Part shown: positions 1 to 12,700 of the stretch, one piece after another
How the letters are laid out: each line of letters starts with the position of its first letter
Numbering within the stretch: the first letter of the stretch is position 1
NCBI GenBank assembly: GCA_016748015.1
Contig: JAAOMT010000058.1
Span: 79,657 to 143,656, forward strand
Reading direction: 5' to 3'
Source of the DNA: Geosiphon pyriformis uo1
Taxonomy: Eukaryota > Fungi > Glomeromycota
Length of the DNA: 64,000 nt
Translations under genes and position numbers: made by a program
The notes under the pieces: model-generated
The model's input: only the letters and a program-made list of their open reading frames with translations
Told to the model about the DNA's origin: nothing
Database searches by the model: none

Positions 1-878
1 AGGCCTTGGAAGTTTACGAAGAAATGAAAGCCGAGAATTTTGTGCCAGAAAATCTTACTTTTCGGGAGATAATGTTGTTTAATAATAAGAGACCAGGTGA
101 TTTGACATCAAGACCGCAACAAGTTTTATGTGAAGCGGTCAAAGAGCTATCAAAAGAGATGATTCAACCAAACAAATACCGATATAATATTCTTGTAAAT
201 GCATATAGTGATAGGTGGTCTTTTCCTTTGGCCATGGCAGTTCTACAACTAATGGATCTGAAAAGCGGCACTATAGAGCCCCAATTTATGGAACCTCTCC
301 TTGGGCAACTTGTATTTTCTACAAAATCCCCACTTGCGTGGATATCTTATGATCGATTGGTAGCTAAAGGCAAAATAAATAATCTTGAAATCTTTGAGAG
401 AATGTTCTCGTTCGCCACCTCTATCTCCGAATATCAAGTCAGTTATCGCGCCTTTAAAACAATACTTGGAACGAATCAAACCGTCCCAATTCAATATTTC
501 GAAAAGTTAATCACGGGACTTTGTCGCCATCTTCAAATAGATCAAGCGATTGATATTCTAAATGAGATGTTGGAGCAAGATATCTTACCAACCTTGGTTA
601 TCTTCACTGATTTGATGAGAGGAGTGGCGATTAAGAGACGATTCAAGCAGGGTATGGAAATTTATCGATTGATGGAATGTTTAAAAGTGTCACCTGATTC
701 TAAGATCTTTGACCATCTTGATAAATTGCACTTGCGTACGGGACATTTGGCAGAACTTGTAAAATTCCATAAAACCGTAATCAAAGGAAAGAGTAATATT
801 GAGCCATTAAGATTTAGAATTAGGCAATGGGGTGAATTGAGTTTGCGACATCATAGGATACAAAAGTTACTTGGGTGA
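1..878 (+). CDS. Pentatricopeptide-repeat (PPR) protein, 3' portion (5' end outside window)
   Basis: ORF open from the window edge with PPR-like helical repeats: ALEVYEEMKAENFVP, YNILVNAY, FEKLITGLCRHLQIDQAIDILNEMLEQDILPTLVIFTDLM, EIYRLMECLKVSPD; stop TGA at 878. Confidence 0.8.
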   Translation, partial: ALEVYEEMKAENFVPENLTFREIMLFNNKRPGDLTSRPQQVLCEAVKELSKEMIQPNKYRYNILVNAYSDRWSFPLAMAVLQLMDLKSGTIEPQFMEPLLGQLVFSTKSPLAWISYDRLVAKGKINNLEIFERMFSFATSISEYQVSYRAFKTILGTNQTVPIQYFEKLITGLCRHLQIDQAIDILNEMLEQDILPTLVIFTDLMRGVAIKRRFKQGMEIYRLMECLKVSPDSKIFDHLDKLHLRTGHLAELVKFHKTVIKGKSNIEPLRFRIRQWGELSLRHHRIQKLLG

Positions 879-1466
879 AAAACCAGAGTCCTGGAAAATT
901 CATCATGAAAAATTGAAAATGATAATATTTAAATATTTTTTATAGCATTTGATAACATTTGAAATTTTAAAAAAATTAAAAGCATCAAATAAATATTTTC
1001 AGCAATAAAGAATTTATCATTAAATTCTCACTTGTCAATAACGAAGATTATGATAAATGAAAATTAGCTATTAAATCTAGGTTATTTCCGATCAGAAGAG
1101 ATGAAATGATTAAACGTAATACACAGAGACAACAAGGACAAGTACATCATCTTTCTTTCGCTCACATAAGTCATTGCATCATACTATTAAGATTCATGCT
1201 CAGTTTCTTTATCTTTTTTTTTTTTTTTTTTTTTTAAAAAACGCGTGCTATACAATTTATACATATTATATTTACAATTTTATCTTTATTTTAATTTTAA
1301 TTAATTTAAAGTACATATATATATATATATTTAGGATTATTATAAGAAATATTTATTACATATATTACTAAAAGAAACTTTGAATATTAAAATTTTTATG
1401 AATTATTTATTTTTTTTTATTTTTTTTCATGTCAATAATTTTAAAAAGCTGTGTAAAAAAAAAAAA

Positions 1467-1486
1467 NNNNNNNNNNNNNNNNNNNN
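1467..1486. other. Assembly gap (20 N) flanked by homopolymers
   Basis: Run of n characters; poly-A, poly-T and poly-C nearby suggest low-quality flanks. Confidence 0.99.
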
Positions 1487-2342
1487 TTTTTTAAAAAAAA
1501 AAAACCCCCCCCCCCCCCAACTTTTTTAAAAATTTAAATCTATGCCAAACCTGGAAATTTGGCTTTTTTTTTCCTTAAAGGTCTTTTCACTTTTTCTAAT
1601 AAAAATCCTATTCTGAACTCTTAAATTTGAAATCAATCCTTTCATAGTTGTGTTTTTTTTTTCCTTTCATTTAACACAGTAAATATTACGATCAAACTAC
1701 TAAATGAAGAATTTTGGTTTGGCTTCGCTCTTGAATACGAAATGTAAAGTGTAATAATTGTATTGAATTTAAATCCAAGACTATGACCTGCCGCATCTGA
1801 AATAGTGTGTAAAGATAAAATAAAGGAGACCATATCAAAATCCCCTCGAGTCACCTAAAATCGAACGAAAATGGGGCAATACAGGTTTGAAAAAAATAAA
1901 AAGAATAAAGAACTAAATTTTTCCATAAGTTTAATAGAATTTTGGCACCTTCTAATCAATCGGTTTAACAATCAACTCTTCCAGCAAAGTTTTAAGATTC
2001 ACATAGGCATTTTTAGAAATCAATTGACAAAACAAGAAAATTATTTATTCATATAAAAGTAAAATTAATGTTCAAAATGCAAGTATATAAAAGCAAAGCA
2101 AAGAAAAATGGTAAATAAAGGGGTATAAATTACAAATTTGTACTATTATAATCAAATGTGAGAAATGGTAATATAAAACCACATCTATAAAAATCTATAG
2201 ATTGGTCCTCGAAAATAGAATAGGTAAAAATGGTTCACTTTCTTGAAGTAAATTTAGCAGATTCCAAATTCACAATCATTGTCCAATACAAATATTCAAA
2301 TTGTAAATCTGCCTAGTATTCCCAACATTCCGCACATCCTAT

Positions 2343-4419
2343 TCAATCGTCTTGGTCATTTAAAAAATTTTGGTAATTATCTCGTACGCACTCTCCACCT
2401 TTTTGAGGATCGATCAAAAATTTATAGCAGCTTCCATCAGCGCAAATCACTATAATAAGAATATTAAATTAGAAACTTTTGAAACAAATAATTTCAACCA
2501 CCAAATATTGACTGACCAATGACGGCATTACGCTCCTGTCCAAATCCACAAATACATCGACAATCACCCATGACCTTGAAATGTGCGAAAGACCATTCCG
2601 AAGAAAAATACTTTGGCAAGAGATCTTTCATAAAAGACAAGCTTTTATTAAATTAAATGAGAAAACTTTATTAGCAAAGAATTTAAATAATATTGAAGTA
2701 AACTTAGTTATGAAATCAAATTAAGAATTTATTAAAATTGTGCGAAACATTTACCTAGAGTGTCGATTACCACTTGAAGGTGGTACTTTCATTGGGTTAC
2801 TGAAAATAATGACCAAATAAATTGGTGTTATAGTTTAAGTGGAAATCAAAATAAAGTTCACCACTCACTGCAAAATTTCCCCATAATAAGGCCCTCCATT
2901 ATTATTATCAGAATAATTAGTGCTATTACTATTCCGCAGTATAGGATCCAAATTGAAAATGTGGACCGTTCCTTTGTCTGAAGATACACAAAGTCGAGTT
3001 GAGTCGTGATTAAATGCGATGCTATTAATCCCCAAAGCAATGAAAAAGATATTTCCAAAAGTTATAAGAAAATAAGGTTTCCCGAATTTTCAGCTCCATC
3101 AAACTCTAACCTGTAAATCTCTGCACGGTCCACACCTCTTCTTAATTCATTCAACAATTTTCCGGTAGATGTCTCAAAGACTCTTATCAGTGTTCCCTAA
3201 TTTTTGGAAACAATCTTTGTTAGTCTAGTTGGATACTTTTGAGTTAATCTCGAGCCTATGGAGGTACCTTCTCGCTAGCACTAGCACATTTGCTACCATC
3301 CTGATTTACCGCCAGACAACTTAGCTTTGCTGTGTGGGCAGGAATTATGCTAACATTTGGTGCCATCACAGTTGTGCTTCCAGAGGAGCCAGACTGTGGT
3401 TTTATCTTGTTCAAGCTGGATTTTTTCGATTTTCGCTCAGGTCGTTCCGCTCTAGAAGATTGTGAGTCTGGATATCCAGGTGAAGATATTGAATGCCTAT
3501 TATTTGGATGTGATGAAGGCCCCGAAGTTACTGGTAAACTTTCAGTGACGTGGCCATCATCATTATTTGTGATAGCAGTGGTAGTATGAAATGTGTTCAA
3601 ATCAACAATTTGAACATGTCCCTTTTGAGGACCAGGAAATGCCAGAATAGCATGTTTTACCGATGAGGAAAGAGCAACCAGACCTTTAGTGATTGAAAGC
3701 GATGAGATTAAAAACAAAATGTTGGAAAAAAAGGTCTCATGATAAAAATTATGAATGACCTTTCTCATTGTCGATCGTCTCAAAGGTGTGAAGTTTTTGA
3801 GGGGATATACTAAAATGATATACATGAACTTTGTTCGAAAGCACTACTACAATCCTGATCCAAATTAAATAAATATTTGTATAATGATTGATCAGTAAAT
3901 AAATAGAATTTATCGACCATAATTGTAAAGATAGACAAAAGTAATCAAATCAGCAACCTATCTCGTCGTAGCTTTACATTTTTAACTTCACTACGAAATT
4001 CCAGTTCTACAATAGATTTGTTCTTTAAATCATCCCATATGATGACTTTATTAGGCGGGTATTTCGGATTTTTACCCCCGCCGACCAACGCAAGATAGTT
4101 ACATCGAAATAGCATTTCAACAACGGAAATCCCCCCGTCGTCAAAGTCTACGGCCAACGAAAAGAACAAAGGGTAAAAAAGGCACTAAAATCAACATTAT
4201 CTCGTAAAAAATACTTGGAAAGACACAAGCAAAGCGAAATATGAAAAATTTAGTTGGAGTACCTTTTTGCATTTTCTGTTTTAAAGGATCACAGTTATAT
4301 ATTCGGAAACCACTGTCCAAACCCGCTGCAAAACACCCAAAGTCTTGATTAAAGCCAGCATAGAGTAAACCAGGGGCATCAGCAGTAGAAGACGAAGAAG
4401 AAGGCTTTGACAAGTTCAT
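2343..4419 (-). CDS. HSV2: PROPPIN WD40 phosphoinositide-binding autophagy protein (Hsv2/WIPI3-WIPI4-like), 9 exons
   Basis: Exons 4419-4263, 4147-3958, 3854-3760, 3683-3268, 3196-3111, 3021-~2869, ~2800-2755, ~2642-2517, ~2450-2343 with GT-AG borders. Peptides [51 protein letters not shown] (LRRG as in the WIPI3/4-Hsv2 group), [22 protein letters not shown]. Confidence 0.9.
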
Positions 4420-4702
4420 TGAGGTTATGCTTGAGGAAATCAAGGAACAAGAGGTTTATTTAAATTTAGTCTAATGAAATGAACTTTGTATACTGAACAA
4501 TTGGTGGTATATCACTTGACCTTTCGCCATGTGTGTAATTGGACGAGACACTTGAGATCAGTACAGTAACATGGGTCTTCCGTAATACAGAGAAATCACA
4601 CGGTTAAAAAAAGTTGATAGATTTGTCATTTAGTCCCAATTATCAAATATTTTTTTTTTATTAAAATCAAATAATTTTACAAAAAGTCGTTTAAGAACAC
4701 AA

Positions 4703-4745
<43 letters not shown>
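4703..4745. repeat. (ATT)n microsatellite
   Basis: Perfect ATT run. Similar tracts occur at ~6343-6424, 7543-7602, 8489-8532, 8614-8716, 58570-58612, 61846-61978 and 62296-62333. Confidence 0.95.
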
Positions 4746-6377
4746 TAATTTAAAAATTTGGTTTGTTTTATAGATAAAACAATTATACAAGGAATAAAAA
4801 TTTAATTTAATTTAATAATTTTAAAATATTAATTCTAATCTGAAGGAGAAATTTCAAATATATTTCAAATATTATTTTTAATTATGTAAAAAAACTAGTT
4901 ATTATTTGTTTTATAATATTTTATTATAAGATAAATTAAATTATTATTATTTTTTAATTTTATATATATATATTGTTTTGTTATTATAAAGTATAATTAC
5001 TATTTACTTATAAAAAACCAAAAAATTTTATAATAAATAAAGCTTGTGCATTGTTTACACATAATTAGTCACTTAAACTTATAATAATAATATTTATTTG
5101 GTCGTTGTTAATAAAATAATTATTGTTAGTATTTTTACAATTAAAAATAAAAAAAAACACTAGGTTTTAAATCATAAAATATGTGTTAAAGAGTTTTTTA
5201 CATTTATATTTAAAATTTTATAAAATTTTTCTTTTTAAAGCATAAAAATATTTTTGATTACATTTAATTAAAATTAAAATATTTTGAAATTATAAGTTGA
5301 AATTTATATATTCAAAAAATGGTACTACCAATAAAAAAAAAATATAAACATATTGTTAATTTAAAAAAATTATTTTAATAAGTTTAATTGTTTAGATTAT
5401 GACCAAATTTCTTACATATAACCAATTAAATAAATAATAGTTGACTTAATTTTCTGTTTAATTTTATTTTTTATTAATTAATATAATTATAAAATTAATA
5501 TAATTAATATAATTAATAAAATGTAAAATTGGATAAAAAACATAATTTTTATGTTAAATAAAGAAATATTCGAATTTTTTATATATATTATTTATATGCT
5601 TTTTAACTCATCTCCTGAGATTTTACCGGTTGTAATGTATTTTTAACATGGAATCAAATCAAATTAAATTTTAAATATAGTTTAAAGTTTATATCGAGCA
5701 TTATGGGAATAATATCGTAAAGCTTTGAATATTATCGAAACCATAGAACATATTTATTACTTGTTCTAATTTTGTAATTACGGTATATGTTGCCAGTTCA
5801 TTATTAAAAAAAAAAAGTATAATTAAGGATAAAAAAAAACATAACAATTTTATAAAATTTCAATAATATTTAAAAGTTAAAGTTAATTAGCTTGGTAAAC
5901 TACATCTTTTCTATTGTTTATAATGAATATAATATTGACTATAACATTAACTATAATTAATGTAGTAGTATTTTTCTCAAGAGTTGGATAAAAAAATTAA
6001 TTATCAAAAAGTAAATAAATATTATAAAACTTAATTGTCATGTTATAAGTAGTTTTTATATAAATTATTTCGTATGTAGCGTTTTTTTTTATATAAAAAA
6101 TATTAAACACTAAAGTAAAAACTATTTGTTTAAAAATTTTAATAATAAATAATTATTTTTTAAGTATTATTAAAATTAATAATTTTTATTTTATTGTTTT
6201 AATTATTAAAATTTTATAATAATATAATATAATTAAACAAATATATATATATTAAAATACAATTTATTTTATTTTTATAATTATATTGTTTAAAATAATT
6301 ATTTATTAATTTGTTATTAAAATTTTTAAAATTTTTATGAAAATAATAATAACAATAACAATAACAATAACAATAAC

Positions 6378-6411
<34 letters not shown>

Positions 6412-7150
6412 GTAATAATAATAATTGGTATATTATTTTAAAAATTTTTTTTTTAACTAAAAATATGTTTAAATTCAGAAATATTTAAGAAAAACATTTT
6501 TAATAATATCTTTTTTATTTGTTTTTACAATTAAAAAGACTTTTTAAATTATCTACTACAGAAAAAATAATAGTTGATTTTTGTTATAATTAATAATATA
6601 TTTATTTTCAAAATTATTAATAAATTTTAAATTAGTAAAAAATTTTTTTATATATTAAATTAAAAAATATTTTACTTAAATAAGGTGGCTGATTATGTAT
6701 AGAAAATGATTCTAATATGGAACATGTATATATGAATGTATTTAGATAGCAATTGAATCACACAGTTTTATTAAATTATTAACTTGATATGTAGAAAAAA
6801 ATTGGGGAGCATGTTGATATTTTTATAATCACGAAAAGAATAACATGTTGCCTGCTATCATACGTTCAATTGCCCTTTTTAATGAACAAGATGTCATCTG
6901 ATGTCATCCACTGCAATGTCGTTATACATGTATTTTATAAAACAATATTGATCTGCTTTGCTGTTAATAATTATGTAATTGAATGGATATTTAGAGTGTA
7001 TTTATTTTTCTAGTGATCCAAAAGTTTATATCTTTTAACTTTTTTTATTTCGGTGTTAACATTTTTGATCATAGTAGAGAAATATTTTTGTTTCTTTAGA
7101 AAAAAAAAGTTTGAAATGAAAAAAGCTAAAACTGACCTTTCAGAATATAT

Positions 7151-7238
7151 CGATACCAAATACCAACACCGATACCAATACCAATATCGATACCGATACC
7201 AATACCAATACCGATACCGATACCGATACGGATACCAA
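7151..7238. repeat. Hexamer tandem repeat (RATACC)n
   Basis: gataccaataccaatatcgataccgatacc...; accounts for the spurious YRY/QYQ ORFs. Confidence 0.9.
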
Positions 7239-7540
7239 AAGTGAATTTTTTTCCCTCTTTCACAATAGCTCATAGGTTTCGATTCCTCTGATTTCATAGA
7301 CCAAAGATGGGTATCAATGATCATGTTCAAATAATTAAAGTGTATCTCGATGCATGTAAGTTTCACATATTGTTGCCAGAGAAATTAGGTAAACCTGAAA
7401 CGGGATTTCGTTCCCAAAAAAAAAATACAAGTTTCTGTCTTGAAAAAGATTTCACATTCATTTCTCCTTGAAACAAAGCCAAGACAAGAAAGTTAGATTA
7501 CAATTCTCATTTCCAAAAAAAAAATAGGAAAATGTTAATG

Positions 7541-7603
<63 letters not shown>

Positions 7604-8052
7604 ATATCGCCCACCCTTTCTATCTGCTATGGGTAAGAGTTTTGTGTGTTATGGTGGTTATTCCTATACCTATTAATTTTCAAATGGGGAAAAAAAATAG
7701 CCATTGTCGAAAAAAAAAAAAAAATTTTTCGGCAACTGTTTTTCACCTTTTATAAGGGGAATGTAACTTTATCAGATATTACGCATACATCGATTGAAAA
7801 ATCCTATATTTGAATACCAAATGACTACAATCGAAACAAAATTGAGAAAATGGAAAATCAAAAAAATTCAAATATTCACATTCAAATTCCTTTTTATTGC
7901 TTTGTTTGGTTTTCGGAATATGAAAAACCATCATTTTTTCTCCTTGGGAATCTAATAAAAATCTAATGCAGCAATATTCATTCTTTCATTCTTTTTATTA
8001 ATGATACAAATAAAAAATTCCCAAAATTTCAAATCTTGGTTGTACTACTATC

Positions 8053-8132
8053 GAATGAATGAATTAATTAATTAATGAATGAATGAATGAATCAAATCAA
8101 TCAATCAAATCAATCAATCAATCAATCAATGA
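8053..8132. repeat. (GAAT)n/(CAAT)n tetranucleotide array
   Basis: gaatgaatgaat...caatcaatcaat upstream of the large gene. Confidence 0.85.
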
Positions 8133-8488
8133 ATTAAATGATCAAAAAAGGGATTGATCTATCATGTCTCGATCCCTGACCATTGTTTCCATTGTTAAAG
8201 ATTTTAATTAGGATCATAAGCCATTGTTTCACAAAAATTTACCTTTATTTTTTTCCCCAGAGGTCAAACCCGAAATACTGTTTGAAAAAATTCGCTCATA
8301 TCAAACATTGAAGTAAATGAGAATTTGGCTCCCCCGATGATTATTATAATGATCATGATGATGATAATGTTGTTGTTTGATGTTCATGCTAATAATTTTT
8401 GATGTCATTATGTTTCTTCTTGATCATGATTCATTCACGGAACTGTGATTCTCTGATTCAAAATTCATGCGGCTTTAGAGATTTAAAC

Positions 8489-8533
<45 letters not shown>

Positions 8534-8611
8534 GTATAGAGAACGTGATTTCAAGAAAATAATTAAACAGTGTACCCGTGTTTAAATAATCATAATGAAA
8601 AACTTTTATAC

Positions 8612-8653
<42 letters not shown>

Positions 8654-8672
8654 ATTAGTATTACTATTGTCA

Positions 8673-8716
<44 letters not shown>

Positions 8717-9291
8717 ATTATACAAATTGTTACTTTTCAATATTTCTATCATCACTTTTGCTAATAGCACTACTAGTTCTTGGGTTATATGTGTACAAGT
8801 GTATGGTAAATCTTTCTGTTGTGGCACAGCGTTCTTACAGAATTCTTGAGACCCCTGGACACTTCACTCACACGCACACACAACACACACATATACCATA
8901 CGCTGTGTCATCAATCATAAAGCTTCTTTGGCGTAAGTTGCGCGATACAAACTTTCCAAAAATCAATAGTCTCTCTCGGTATTTAATATACTTTTTAGTA
9001 GTAGTAGGAAAAAAACACTTCCCAAAGTTATTTCATTCATCTCTTCTTCGAGAGTGGTTGTTTAAACTTCTTTCAAGCCACGATAACTCTTTGACTAGTG
9101 TTGGTGGCGCCGTCTGTCAGTTCAACCTTTTGCTCTTCAGATCTTTCGCTCCCTGTCTGTCTATCTATCTATCATCTGCGTTTTCATTTTTCCATTTTTA
9201 TTATTATTTATCAATTCACACTCAGCTTGTCTGCAAAAACAGAACTTCATAACAAATAGAGATTTCTTTGATAAAAAGTTTCAACCCCACT

Positions 9292-9716
9292 ATGGAAGAA
9301 GAAACGTTAAACTCAGAATGGCCCGAAATCCAAGAAATTGGAGATTCCCTACAAGAACAACAACAACAACAACAACCTCAACAACCACAAGAGCCATCAG
9401 TAGACGAGGAGCTAATAGAGCAAAAAAAGGTATTTGAAGAAACGCTGAGAAAACTTGAAAACTTAACACTTAGCTCGGACGGAGGCCCTCTCGGAGAATA
9501 CTTGAAAGCTGTAAAATCTTTCTTGTCATGGATGGCAGCACAATCTTCCAAATTCCCTATATTTCCTAACACCTCAACCAATCATATCGACCACGATGCT
9601 CTTAACACTATCGACGCTGAAATAAGAAGTAAAAATTCAGAGCAAAAACAACTAATAAAACAGGGTCAGGAACTCTTGGAGGATAACAGTACAAACAAAA
9701 TTACTAATAACATTCT

Positions 9717-9763
<47 letters not shown>

Positions 9764-12700
9764 ATAATAATAATAATAATAATAATAACAGTAATACTCT
9801 CAAAGACATTGTAAATTCCATAGATTTATTGTGGGAATCCTACAAAGGCAGGGTAAAAGCTGGTAAGCTCAAATTGCAAGAGTTTGATTGGATGCTCGAT
9901 TTGGCCTCAAAAATAGATAAAATGGATTTTGATGTGAAAAAAGTGGAAGCGATGTTAGAGGGTGTACTGGAATCTCGTAATAAATCTCACAACGACGGTG
10001 AAATCGCTCCCGGGGACAGATCAGAAACATCATCCAACAATGGTGATATCACGGTTACCGGTATTGTATTCTCATCTTCGTTATTAGACGAGTGGTACAC
10101 CAAGGTGATTGCCGTGGAAGAACTGGTTCACGATGTGATTGAGAAAGTGAACGAATTTGATCAACTATATAGACATCCAAGATTTCGTGCACCCCCCGAT
10201 TTAGCCAAACGTATTGATGAAATCAATGACACCCATCTCACGTTAAAAACAAAAATTTCAAAGACTAAAGAAATATTGGCTCATGATCGTCGAATCGGAA
10301 GATGGTTTGGTAGTGGCAATGAGGCCGACAAATGGATCTCAGAAACCTTGCATCGTGCCAAACAATTAGAGGTCCCAGATTTTATAAATAAAGATGCTTG
10401 GGTCGAGGAGGAGCAAAATATCCATAATTTGGTTGAAATTAGGCGAAAATTGATTGAAAATATCGCGGCTGATGCCGAAAAATTTCGACAAGAAAAGATC
10501 GACGAGCTTCTGAAAAAATCTGAAGAATTCATTGAAAGCATCAAAGATTCTGACGATCAAGAAGATCAAACCGTTGCACAATTAATGCAGAAACAACGAA
10601 AAACCTTGAATGAACGTCTCAACAAATTGACCCAATTCACCACGCTCCTTTTATCACAGACCACCCCCGAAAAATATTTGAATCTCATTCACCTTCTCAA
10701 AGCTATGCAAACGATGCGAACCAACATGCAAACCATTCGTAAATTGATACGTGAATATGATGATGCTGATTTAGTGGCTGGCGATATAAATGAGGTTGAA
10801 AAGGCAATCATGGAACTTGAGAAAGAACTTCCGTCCGAAGAAACTGCGCTTGCAAAAGCTCTTCGTCAGAAACATGAGAAATTATTGCTTACTATTCAAA
10901 GTATAAGAACTGTTATCGCCCAAGGTAGACTTCAAATGGCTGCTTATTTAAGTCCCTCTAGTCCAAGTTCACCTACTTCATCGGCCTCCGAATTTGATCG
11001 ATTATCAATTCAGGTTACCGGTCGTCTTGAATCTCTTCAATTAAGACTCGCTTCACCACCCACCTACATGATGGACACCAACTCCGAGAACGAGGAACCG
11101 GAACGTATGCATGGTTTAACATGTAACGATGATCATGTTGCAGATCTAAGTGAAACTTATGGCTCGATCGAATCCGAATTGGTGTCTTTCGGGCAAAGAC
11201 TCTGGGTAGAATTCTGGGTGACAAGCGACCGAGCCAAAAGGATTCGAGGTCAGGAAGCGGAAGATCGTACAAAGCAACTAGAAGCCTCTTATACCCAAGT
11301 TAAAAAGTTAATGGAAGATCGAAAATATGACCTCGCGATGATCAAAGAGGGAAGAGAATTTGCAAAAGGAATTAAAAGAATTCGTGATGAGCTGGATAGC
11401 GTAAAGAGTAAAATGACCAAAGACCAAACTACCACAACTGACGCCTCAATTCAAGATCTGGATCAACATATGGTAGAGGCAGCAAAATTGTTTGAAGCCC
11501 TCGAGACCTCACACCGACACTTACTTTCACCCGATGCCCAAGATCAGAGCTATGTGGAAAAATATAAAGAATATCAATCCTATTATCGAAAGGTTCAAGA
11601 TTGGATTGAAGAAGTCAGAATTTGGTTTAAAGAAGCCGAACGTATCCAAATATGGCTCGAAGAACGTATTGAGATCTTGAAGAACGTGGAACAAGTCGAT
11701 GTTTTTCAGGAAAACGATATCCCGGCAACGCAGGATCAAGTTGAAGTTTGGCAAAAGGAACACGAAGAGTTGGAGAAAGAAATTGAAAGATTTGATGCGG
11801 GTGATATGGCTCGTCTTCGTGCTCACGGAAGAGATATGGAACAAAAACATTTGTCTCCCGCGGATACTTTAACGATCGCCGCCATCTTTCAAACATTGAA
11901 GATTCTCGATCAATTAATTAATATGCTTAAAAAACGTGAAAACGAGCTTGCTTTATTGGCATTGCGAGTTCAATGGGAACGCGAATTCGAAATTGCCATG
12001 AATGCATGGTTGTCACTTATTGAAGAAACTAGGGAATTCATCGTGAACAGGGGCAGATGGAAGCCTCCGGCTTCCGTCACCGAAGATGGTTGGCCTGTGC
12101 CTGCACCCCAACCCGATCAAGATGATGTTATGATAGAATTGGAGGACATTTATGATAAGATTGCGGATTACAAGAATGTCATACTGCCTTCAGGAGATAC
12201 TATAGATGAGATGGTTTCTCTAAGCAATGTTCCTGAGCATCTGCTCGCTAGACAAGAAAATCTTGAGGAAGTAAATTTCATTGACTTGGAAAATTATTAC
12301 ACGTTTTCGAGAAGGGTAGTTTCACAACGAAAAGAAATTTTGGATTACGTCCAAGCCGCTACCTTGAATCATCAAGATGGAATTCGTCTAAAGGATGACT
12401 TGATTAAGGAAGAATCTCAGCCTCGTGGTGGCTCCATTGAACAACAATTTATTGCACGGGTTCAGGAGCTTAAAAATCGGATCGAGAACTTATGGGCCAC
12501 CAAAGGATCAAGAGTAATATATCCGGATCATGATCGTCATGATCCATCTGAGAATTCTACAGTACGTGAAGGCTTAGAATCATATTATGGAAAGATGAAG
12601 GAACTATACCAAGAAGTCGAGGAAGCTCTCAAAGCGTATCAAGCTGCGCTGCGTTTTGTAAAAATGGCCGAAGAGTACAAGCAGGAAGCCGCTCGATTGG

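Noticed and set aside
1642-1860. 70-aa minus-strand ORF beside the gap
   Set aside because: No recognisable domain, and it is adjacent to low-quality gap flanks.
7010-7366. ORFs with YRY/WY repeats
   Set aside because: Translation of a hexamer tandem repeat; no other coding signal.
8570-9252. ORFs upstream of the giant gene as extra coding exons
   Set aside because: Poly-Ile/Asn from microsatellites and UTR-like sequence; no CH domain or clear splice link found.
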